Source: Salpingoeca rosetta
Lineage: Eukaryota > Protista > Choanoflagellata
Reading direction: 5' to 3'
Assembly: GCA_033442325.1 (NCBI GenBank)
Contig: JAWQFM010000004.1
Coordinates: 1,424,999 to 1,451,918 of the forward strand
Length of the DNA stretch: 26,920 nt
The notes beneath the pieces were generated by a model. It was not told the origin of the DNA. It searched no databases and saw only the letters and a list, made by a program, of their open reading frames with translations. The stretch's first letter is position 1. Every line of letters starts with the position of its first letter. This document shows, one piece after another, positions 17,593 to 25,430 of this stretch. A program made the position numbers and the translations under genes.

Positions 17593-19161
17593 CTAGCTGA
17601 CAGGTGTGGGGATGGGCACGGCATGGCCAACTGGCTTGGGTGCTCTCGCAATGGCAGCGGTGGCGGCGCCAAGGGTGGCAGTCACCGCAGGCGTGGTGGC
17701 GGCGGATGGCGCAACAGCAAATCCGGCGGCAAGTGGCAAGGCCGCAGGCACGTGCGCGATGCCGTCCGCGGCGGGGACGCGTTGCAGGTCAACAAGGACA
17801 TGGCTGAAGGTGTACACGTGCTTGGTGAGCGCAAAGCCGTTGAACGTGCTGGCAGCGCACGAGGTGTACGCGCCCATGTTGTCAAAGACAAGCCAGTCGC
17901 CCACATCCAGCTCCGGCAGCATCGTCGACGCCTGCACGCAGTCGATGGAGTCGCACGTGGGGCCCCACACGCTGCTCTCGTGCAAAACAGCGGCGGCAAG
18001 GTGCTCGTCGTCCATGGCCGGCACGCCGTTGCCCGTGTACAGCACCTGCGCTTGCACACGCGCGTGGTCGAAGATGATACAGTTGAACGACTGGTACACG
18101 CCGTCATTCACGTAGTACATGAACTTTGGTGGCGGCTCAGTGGCGGGGTGGGGGGTGGCGTTGCTCGCAGGCGTCGTAGGCGTCGCACCCGTCGTTGCCG
18201 TTGGTGTGGTGGCCGTCACATCCACCACGCGGCGCTTGGAAGTGATGCAGACAGCCAGCGAGCTGGCGGACGCAACATAGTACCAGCCCGGCTCAGCAAT
18301 AATGCGGAGACCAGGCACCGCCGAGGGCGGGAAGTGCTCTGCAAAGGCGCTGCGGAGCTCACGCGCAATGTCCTCAAACCGGACTGCGGCCGCTGGCGTC
18401 GCAGCGGGATCATCTCCCGGGAAACCGCCCCCAACATCAAGCAGGTGCGGGCTGAAGCCGAGGGCTGCTGCCTCGTCAAACACAGCGCGCGCGCGTGCAA
18501 CCGCATCGGCAAACGCGCGCGCGTCTGTGGCGCCGCTCCCAACGTGGAAGCTCACCCCTACCACGTCCAGTCCAAGCTGGCGGGCCAGCTGCAGCAGGTG
18601 GCCGGTGACAGCCGGGTCTGCGCCAAACTTGAGGCCGAGGCGGCACGCAGATCGCGAGTCGTCCGCGAGCACGCGAAGCACGAGGGCGGCCCCCGGGTAA
18701 TGCTTGGCAATCTTGAGCAGCTCAAACTCGTTGTCAAAGGTCATCATGCGAACGCCGACCTGCTTCGCAAAGCGCAGGTGAGCGATGGCCTTGCACGGGT
18801 TGGCAAAGATGACGCGGTCGGAGCTAACACCAAGGTTGAGGATGGCCTGGATCTCGCCCAGCGACGCGCAGTCAAAGTTGGCCCCCAAGGCCGCCAGCGT
18901 GCCCAAGATGGCGGGATCACTGTTGCACTTGACCGCATAGAACGGCTCCACCATCGGCAGGTGTGCCTGCCACCGCTTGTGCTTGCGGCACACGTCGCCA
19001 AGGTCTGTCAGGAAAAACGCCTCTTCCTCCGTTGTACCGCTCACAATAACGTCCGCCATGGCAGCATGCCGGCTCGCTGCATCGGGGCCGCTCACGTTCA
19101 CAGTCAAGGGCGCAGCAATCGCGCCGCTGGCGTTGGCGTTGTGGGCGCTGGTGCTGTCCAT
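17593..19161 (-). CDS. ODC1: Ornithine decarboxylase family protein (fold type III PLP enzyme), single exon
   Basis: 522-aa ORF with PFYAVKCN (PLP Lys), FDCAS, FANPCK, KFGA, GVSFHVGSG, LDVGGGFPG, EPG, YVNDGVY, WGPTCDSID and NMGAYT..STFNGF. Confidence 0.93.
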   Translation of the reverse strand: MDSTSAHNANASGAIAAPLTVNVSGPDAASRHAAMADVIVSGTTEEEAFFLTDLGDVCRKHKRWQAHLPMVEPFYAVKCNSDPAILGTLAALGANFDCASLGEIQAILNLGVSSDRVIFANPCKAIAHLRFAKQVGVRMMTFDNEFELLKIAKHYPGAALVLRVLADDSRSACRLGLKFGADPAVTGHLLQLARQLGLDVVGVSFHVGSGATDARAFADAVARARAVFDEAAALGFSPHLLDVGGGFPGDDPAATPAAAVRFEDIARELRSAFAEHFPPSAVPGLRIIAEPGWYYVASASSLAVCITSKRRVVDVTATTPTATTGATPTTPASNATPHPATEPPPKFMYYVNDGVYQSFNCIIFDHARVQAQVLYTGNGVPAMDDEHLAAAVLHESSVWGPTCDSIDCVQASTMLPELDVGDWLVFDNMGAYTSCAASTFNGFALTKHVYTFSHVLVDLQRVPAADGIAHVPAALPLAAGFAVAPSAATTPAVTATLGAATAAIARAPKPVGHAVPIPTPVS

Positions 19162-19485
19162 TGGCTCCGTCGCTGTTGTGACTTGGCTTGGGTGCTGGTT
19201 GAGGCCCTGTGCTGGTGGTGGGTTGCGATGGGCTTGCTAGACGGGCGGTCGTAAGGGCCTTCGATGCTAGTGCTTCCTCTGTTTGCTTGTCTGAGTGAAG
19301 CTGTTGGGTCTGCGCTGTGGTCGTCGTGCCGAAGAGGTCGAGTAGAAAATGAACTCGGTCGCGAGCGCATGGGCACACACAACAGCTGTGCTGCTTCCGC
19401 CTGCAGGTCTGGCTCACATCGCAGTCACATCACATCATCGCTCACACCGACAGCGCTGTTTACCAGTGCATGCGGAAAACGATGC

Positions 19486-19581
19486 TTATGCCCACTGCGC
19501 AATGGAGTAAAGTTGCTGGCGATGACTGCAATCACACCTGCGGTGCCTGCTGGGCGCTTGGGGCCTGGTTGTGGTTGACAT
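19486..19581 (-). promoter_or_regulatory. Candidate AUG uORF (31 aa) upstream of ODC
   Basis: ATG at 19581 to TAA at 19488-19486 gives MSTTTRPQAPSRHRRCDCSHRQQLYSIAQWA. It is only relevant if the transcript starts upstream of it, which is unknown. Confidence 0.3.
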
Positions 19582-19905
19582 TGGTGTCACGGCGGCTGGG
19601 ATTGCGTTGTTTGATGGGGTGGTTGCGGAAACAGAGGCAGCGAATGTTTTGCGACATGTTGTTTGGCAACATTGTCCTATATTTAGTGTATTGGCCTAAC
19701 TATGTAATCAGTTTTGTGTTGTGAGAATCAAAACGACCATGAGCCCGCGCAGATGTCTTGTATTCTTTGCTGTTCTTGTTTGACATCATTCTTGCGCCCC
19801 TCGCCGTGTGCACGATATTGCTACAGGACCACATACCCCATCATGACTCCCACGCGCTCACCGTCATTGGTATGAGCATGACGTCATGAGCACGCGGGCT
19901 ATGAC

Positions 19906-19995
19906 TGTTGCAAGTTCATGGTGGTGGTGCTGTTGTTGGAGACTTGTGTGTGTGTGCTGCGTGTGCAGTGTGTGCAGTGTGTTGTGTGGGAGATT
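19906..19995 (-). mobile_element. Truncated LTR terminus, same family as LTR 23965-24301
   Basis: TGTTGCAAGTTCATGGTGGTGGTGCTGTTGTTGGAGACTTGTGTG..TGTGTTGTGTGGGAGATT is a near copy of 23965-24061. Confidence 0.85.
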
Positions 19996-20695
19996 ACCAG
20001 ACGTCAGCTTCGCGTGCGGACTGCTCTGCCGTTACATGGACCGTTACACGACGGTCCACTGGCAGGCAGCCAAGCACGTCGTGCGGTACCTGAAGGCGAC
20101 GAGCGAGCACGGCCTCCTCTTCAAGCGACGCAGCGGCACGCGCAAGGACCAGCCGCTGGACCTTGTGTGCTACAGCGATGCCAGCTTCGGCACAGACCAG
20201 CTGACGGGCCGCTCCACGACGGGCTTCACCTGCTACATCAACGGCTGTCTTGTGTCTTGGAGCAGCCGGCTGCAACCCACGGTTGCGCTGAGCACCGCCG
20301 AGGCCGAGTACATGGCCATCTCCGCTGCAGCGCAGGACGTCGTCTTCCTGCGGCAGCTGCTCATGGACCTCGGCGAGCCCGAGGCTGGAGCCACCAAGAT
20401 GCTGACAGATAACCAGGCGGCCATCGCCATCGGCAACGACCACGTCACCAAGCCGCGCACGAAGCACATCCGGGTACGCCACCACTTCGTGCGGGAGCTC
20501 ATCGCCGACGGAACCATTGTGCTGCAGCACTGTCCCGGCACGCGGATGGTTGCCGACGCGCTGACCAAGGCACTGGACAAGCAGACCTTCGAGCAGCACC
20601 TGCCACGACTGGTGGGAACCTCGACGGCTGAGACGGAGCAGAGAAGGCAGTTGAGGGGGAGTGTTGAGAGTGAGTGCGTTTCTGTTTTGTGTTGA
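19996..20695 (+). mobile_element. Ty1/copia pol 3' fragment (end of RT plus RNase H)
   Basis: PDVSFACGLLCRYM, HWQAAKHVVRYLK, YSDAS, SWSSRLQPTVALSTAEAEY, TDNQAA, RTKHIRVRHHFVRE, MVADALTK, ending LRGSVE across the PPT/LTR junction. 5'-truncated. Confidence 0.93.
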
Positions 20696-21195
20696 GTCCT
20701 TCCTAATTTGCCTTGTCGTGTGGTTTCGTCTTGTTTGCCAACAACACCTGCTTTGTGGTTTTCTCAGTTGGCAAACATTCCTTCCGCTCTGCTGGCATGT
20801 GTGCCAACTGCCTCTCCTCTCCTCCTTCCCCTACACACGTGAGTTGTGTGCCATGTGTGTGTGTGTGTGCATGCTCGCCATGCTTGGCAAATGCCATGCC
20901 TGCGTGCCATGCAGTGTTGTGAAGTGTTGTCTGTTGTGTATGCTTGCCTGCAAGCATTCATGCCATGTTTAGCATTGCTCTGCGCGCATGTATGCATGCT
21001 GTTCGTTGTTTAGATTGCTTGTGTTCGTGCACACTCTGCCCATGTCGCCTTGGCAGCGTTGTGAACTGTGTGTGCACTTGTCTAGTGTTTGTTTGAGTGT
21101 GCTGCCCGAGTTGATTTGGCAGCAGCTTGTTGTGCTTGTTCATTCTCCTTGTGTTCTTGTTTGTTGCGTTTGCCTACAGTAAACACACACACCAC
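20653..21195 (+). mobile_element. Polypurine tract plus 3' LTR of the + strand copia
   Basis: PPT GAGGGGGAG at 20653-20661 is followed directly by TGTTGAGAG at 20662. The right end is unresolved (no clean CAACA seen), so the end coordinate is approximate. Confidence 0.65.
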
Positions 21196-21992
21196 CTGTC
21201 GTGTTTCTACAATCAGGTACAGCGCTGGGTCGTTGTCGCGGTCGTTCCGTGTTGTTTCTGATGCTGTTCGGAGGATGACGCCGCCTGCCAGTTCCTTGTC
21301 TGTGTTCTTGTGCTCCATGGGCGCTGGGTTGCGCAGTGGTTGTCGTGGGTTGGTGGGGTCTGTTAGGTGAACTTGATCGTTGACGTGGTCAACGCGTGCT
21401 GCATAGTCCTTGAGGAAAGGTCTGCCCAACACGGCGTCGACTCCCCCAATTGGAATCACGAGGAAGTCCCGCGTCGTCGTCAGGCCTTGCACATTGAGGG
21501 TAGCCGTTGTCATGCTCGATCTGGAGACGTGGGATCCGTCTCCGTACGTGACCTGTGTGTCTTGGTGTACCTGTATCACCCTAAGGTTTTTCAAGGCAAA
21601 CTCCTCGGCCACCACGTCGGTTGTGCACCCCGAGTCCAACAGGATGTTGCATGGGGCACCGTTGATCGTTGCACGAAAACGTAGTTGGGGAACGTAGGCC
21701 GGGGTTGATGCTGTGGTAACCGCGCTGAGGTAGTTGGTCGGTGGCTGGCTTCTTGTTGTGGGTGCGTTGCGAACGGTGAGGGTGATAGCGGAGTACTCCT
21801 GGCCGTCCTCCCCATCGCTGTCTCCGTTCCGGCGCCCTGGTCGTGCAGCGCCCGCGCGGCGGGAGGTCTGCTCCTTGCGGAGGCTCGGTGGGGGCTGTCT
21901 CGTCATGGCCAGCTGTAGTGGAGCACTGCTATTGTGGCAGTATTCCACCACAGGATTCGATGCGGGTTGGTTTAATCCGACGTCATCGATGA

Positions 21993-22274
21993 TGTCAAGA
22001 CCTTTAATAGATTAGCATGCATATCTTGCACTGACTTTCTCCTGCTTTGTCTTCCTCTTCTTGACTCCTGATCGTTACACCCTTCTTGCATGCTCCCTCT
22101 GACCTATCTGGCCCCACCTGCTCCGCTGCCACCTGTCACTTCTTCCTTCTCTTTTCTATCTCCTCTTGCCTTGCAAGTTCACCTACCAATACACCATCAC
22201 CCCATATCGAGATCGATCGTACACGCACACCCAGCTACACACTACACACACACTCCTCGTACTACTCTACAACA
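21993..22274 (+). mobile_element. Solo LTR-like insertion (282 bp, TG..CA) inside gypsy pol
   Basis: Ends are TGTCAAG..TACAACA. It shares the GCCACsTGkCACTTCT motif and the pyrimidine-then-CA-rich layout with LTR 23965-24301. Removing it restores the pol frame. Confidence 0.7.
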
Positions 22275-22933
22275 CCAGCAGTGGGTTGTCTTGCCACGCT
22301 CGCAAGTACGCCTTTTGCGCGAGGCGGCTGGATCGTCGAGGCTTCCGCACGGTTGTCGGTGGTGGCCTCCACGAGACACTGGAGGGAAACGGTAACTGTG
22401 GGTCGGTGACGTTGTGCGGATCTGCTCCCGCGCTTGTTGCTATGGTGGGCGTCGTCGCTGTGTCTGCGTTTGTGTGTCTGTGGGCGTGTAGGTCTCTGCA
22501 CGCTGTAGCTGTGTCCGTGACTGTGTGTGCGGTTGTGTCTGTATGTGCACCTGTGTCTGTGTCTGTGTCCGTGTCTGTGTCTGTGTCTGCGTTTGTTTGC
22601 GCATCTGGGTTTGCCACCGTGGCTAATGCTGTGTGTGCTGCGGCAGTGGCTGGGTCCATGGTTGCTGAGTCCGACGACTCTGCCGCTGAGTCTGTGTCCG
22701 TGTGCGCGTGTAGATCTCTGCACGCTGTAGCTGTGTCTGTGTCCGTGTGTGCGTGTAGATCTCTGCACGCTATAGCTGTGTCTGTGTCTGTGTCCGTGTG
22801 CGCGTGTAGATCTCTGCACGCTGTGTCTGTGTGTGTGTCTGTGTGTGTGTCTGTGTGTGTGTCTGTGTGTGTGTCTGTGTGTGTGTGTGTCTGGGGTTGT
22901 CGTTGTGACGGGTGGCGGCTCGCGTGGGATGGT

Positions 22934-22981
22934 CCGCTTCAGGAGGGTCACGCGCCCCCTCACTGAAGCGGGCCGTTTCCC
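22934..22981 (-). promoter_or_regulatory. -1 programmed ribosomal frameshift signal (G GGA AAC plus stem-loop)
   Basis: Slippery heptamer at 22981-22975 in the correct phase in gag (CCG GGA AAC). The hairpin CCGCTTCAG-T-GAGGG-loop-CCCTC-CTGAAGCGG follows, and the -1 frame is open downstream. Confidence 0.8.
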
Positions 22982-23664
22982 GGGCACTGAGCATAGCCGT
23001 GGCCGGGTTTGCGGCAACGGAAGCAGGCGCCCTCGGCCATCAGTCGCTGGCGCTCCTCTGGTGTCAGTGGTGGCAGGCGCTTGCGTGGTCCTTCATCACG
23101 TCGCGGGGCCTGCTTGCTTGCCTGGTACTTGGAGGTGCTGTTTGAAGAGACTGACGTGTGGCGCGCGAAGTGGGTCCCGGATGCATCCTTGGCTCGGTCC
23201 GCGTCCTCGGCGATCTTCATTGCTTGAACCAGCGTCGACGGGCTGGCCACCGATACCACTTGTCGAATCGTCGGGTGGAGTCCTATCAGGTAGAAGGCCA
23301 GCAGGAAGACCTCGCTCCGCTCCGACAGTTGGTCCGCCACGCGGTTGAAGTCTCCGTTGTAGGCTTGAACGTCCTTGGTTTGCCTGATGGCGCGGAGCTC
23401 GAAGACCAGCTGTAGCTGTCGGGATGGGTTGTGGAAGCGGTCGACGATCTTGTCCACGAGGTCGTCCGCCTTGACTGCGGAGTCACTCATGAACTCCTTG
23501 GCGAAGGACTTGGCTCTCCCGTCGAGTTGCAGGTAGAGATGGAGCTTCACTTGGCGGGCGTCCATTGTCGCGGAGGCGACCTCCAGCAGGAGCTTGGTAT
23601 CGTCGGCCCAGTCATGGACGTCCTCGGTCTTCGATCCCGAGAACTTGCGAAAAACGAAGTCCAT
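22960..23664 (-). CDS. gag: Ty3/gypsy Gag
   Basis: MDFVFRKFSGSKTEDVHDW..LDGRAKSF..LRAIRQTKDVQAYNGDF..YLIGLHPTIR, and the C-terminal zinc knuckle CFRCRKPGHGYAQC (CX2CX4HX4C). Confidence 0.92.
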   Translation of the reverse strand: MDFVFRKFSGSKTEDVHDWADDTKLLLEVASATMDARQVKLHLYLQLDGRAKSFAKEFMSDSAVKADDLVDKIVDRFHNPSRQLQLVFELRAIRQTKDVQAYNGDFNRVADQLSERSEVFLLAFYLIGLHPTIRQVVSVASPSTLVQAMKIAEDADRAKDASGTHFARHTSVSSNSTSKYQASKQAPRRDEGPRKRLPPLTPEERQRLMAEGACFRCRKPGHGYAQCPGNGPLQ

Positions 23665-23964
23665 CTTGTCGTGTGTCGAGAGGCGCGGCTGAGCGAGAAT
23701 TGCTAGGTTTGGCTGGGGTGGGTAAGCGGTGTGTTGTGGTTTGCAAAGGTAGGGTCTCAATCACTCAATGGTCGGTGGACTTTGTGCAATCGCTACCATG
23801 TAAGGTCATGGGCTGTGTACTGGGGTCGTTGTCGAAGACAAACAGTAAAACAAAAGAATGAACAAGACGAACGTGACACTCGCACAAAAGGGCATGAGCG
23901 AGTGCACAGAAAGAACAAGCAGGGAGAAACACGAATACGAGAGCAGAAGCCGTAGGGGCTTTAG

Positions 23965-24003
23965 TGTTGTAAGTTCATGGTGATGGTGCTGTTGTTGGAG
24001 ACT

Positions 24004-24034
<31 letters not shown>

Positions 24035-24310
24035 AGTGTGCTGTGTGTTGTGTGGGAGATTGTCTTGGCAAGGGGAAGTTGTGTGTGTTTACTTGAGTTG
24101 TGAAGCAAACAAGGATGTAGGATGAATGAACATGAACTGAGAGACACTCTCACACATAGACAGAAAACTGGAGGAGAGAGAGAGAAGTGCCACGTGGCAA
24201 AACAACCAGAAACGCCCGTTTCTGGGCGCACGTGCACAGAAACGTTTACAGCAGAATTTGCTGACTCAGCAAGCATTGACACTGGAACAGTGATGTCAAC
24301 ACTCCCCCGC
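23965..24310 (-). mobile_element. 3' LTR (337 bp) and PPT of a minus-strand copia element
   Basis: On the minus strand, PPT GCGGGGGAG (24310-24302) is followed by TGTTGACA..TACAACA (24301-23965), with TGTTG/CAACA inverted termini. Confidence 0.88.
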
Positions 24311-24444
24311 AGTGGCGTGCTTGCTGGTGTCGAGTCCCTCCAGTGAAGAGCTGCTGTGTGCAGTACCCGTGAAGTCCTCCATCAGTGACCTGTGGTGACT
24401 TGCAGTGACATGCTCGATTCAAATGTTTGGCGGCACAAAATCGT

Positions 24445-24583
24445 NNNNNNNNNNNNNNNNNNNNNNNNNNNNNNNNNNNNNNNNNNNNNNNNNNNNNNNN
24501 NNNNNNNNNNNNNNNNNNNNNNNNNNNNNNNNNNNNNNNNNNNNNNNNNNNNNNNNNNNNNNNNNNNNNNNNNNNNNNNNNNN
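24445..24583. other. Assembly gap
   Basis: N run between the copia PPT and the Josephin ORF. Confidence 0.98.
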
Positions 24584-24678
24584 NTCGCAGAACAGTCGCT
24601 GAGTTGTGCGATGTTCACCTCAACCGCAGATGAGCATCCCCAAGAAAACCCCGTTTAAGCGGCCATCCTCACAGGGGG

Positions 24679-25158
24679 ATGTCCTGGGCAGGTGATGGGT
24701 TAGTTCAGAAGCAAGTAAGCACTCGATGCGCATTGCATGCTGTGAACAACCTGCTTTCGGGCGTGGTTGCTTCGCCTGCCTCGTTTGAGAAAATCCGTCT
24801 GCGGTATTGTCGCCAGTACCGCCGGAACGGTTGGTCGCTCGCTGGCTTGGGCAAGCCGAAGAGAGCACCAGGGAATTGGTCACTCAACATCCCGCTGGAG
24901 TGGCTCAGTACCAACTCGTACACGGTGACAGCTGTGCGTGGGCGCCGACCTCGTCGTACCGTGTTCAAGCTTGGGCGACAGCGACAGATGTTGCTCCTTG
25001 TTGTGCATCCCCCTGAGAACTTAGACATGCGCCATGTGATATGCATTCGTGACAACATGATCTTAGACAGTTACCGTGGCGTTGCACCCCTTGATGATCT
25101 GCATTGGTCTGAGTGTGTGGGAACTCTCGAGTCAGCATATCGAGTAAAGCGTCGTTGA
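24679..25158 (+). CDS. Josephin-domain (MJD family) cysteine protease, putative deubiquitinase, antisense within the copia 3' region
   Basis: 159-aa intronless ORF: QKQVSTRCALHAVNNLLSG (compare ataxin-3 HEKQEGSLCAQHCLNNLLQG), GNWS, RHVICIR and ILDS. Predicted Gln12, Cys17, His119 and Asp130. Confidence 0.8.
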   Translation: MSWAGDGLVQKQVSTRCALHAVNNLLSGVVASPASFEKIRLRYCRQYRRNGWSLAGLGKPKRAPGNWSLNIPLEWLSTNSYTVTAVRGRRPRRTVFKLGRQRQMLLLVVHPPENLDMRHVICIRDNMILDSYRGVAPLDDLHWSECVGTLESAYRVKRR

Positions 25159-25430
25159 ACGTGAACAGAAGTCTCAAAGAAATGTAGTGTGTATTGTGGT
25201 GAGGACGTTGGTTGGGGCGCGCTCATGGTAGGAAGTGACTTGGTGCGTGCGTGTTGAGGAAGGCACAGTGTAGGAGAAGTATTGCATGAATGAGGCGCTC
25301 GTGGAAAGAGTCGCAGAAGAGGATCATCTATGGTGCCTGTGGTGCCCGGTCAGCGCAGAGAACCGGCCCGTGGAAGGCGTGCCTGTGGTCCTCGCTGATC
25401 AGAGGCCCTATGACGGACAGGAAGGGCGTG

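Larger units (their letters stand above)
21196..22981 (-). mobile_element. Ty3/gypsy pol remnant: low-complexity spacer and retropepsin, interrupted by an LTR and truncated before RT
   Basis: LRFRATINGAPCNILLDSGCTTDVV..FLVIPIGGVDAVLGRPFLKDY matches the aspartic protease DSG motif and the D-x-x-LG-x-P-FL motif. No RT follows. Confidence 0.85.

Noticed and set aside
17449-19254. 601-aa + strand ORF
   Set aside because: Antisense shadow of the GC-rich ODC CDS, with no recognisable motifs.
19730-19905. CATGAGCCCGCG / GTCATAGCCCGCG as a tRNA-Met gene or primer-binding site
   Set aside because: Only a loose short resemblance; no cloverleaf and no gag downstream.
21993-22274. Insert in gypsy pol as a spliceosomal intron
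   Set aside because: The nearest GT..AG pair does not restore the frame; TG..CA ends fit an LTR better.
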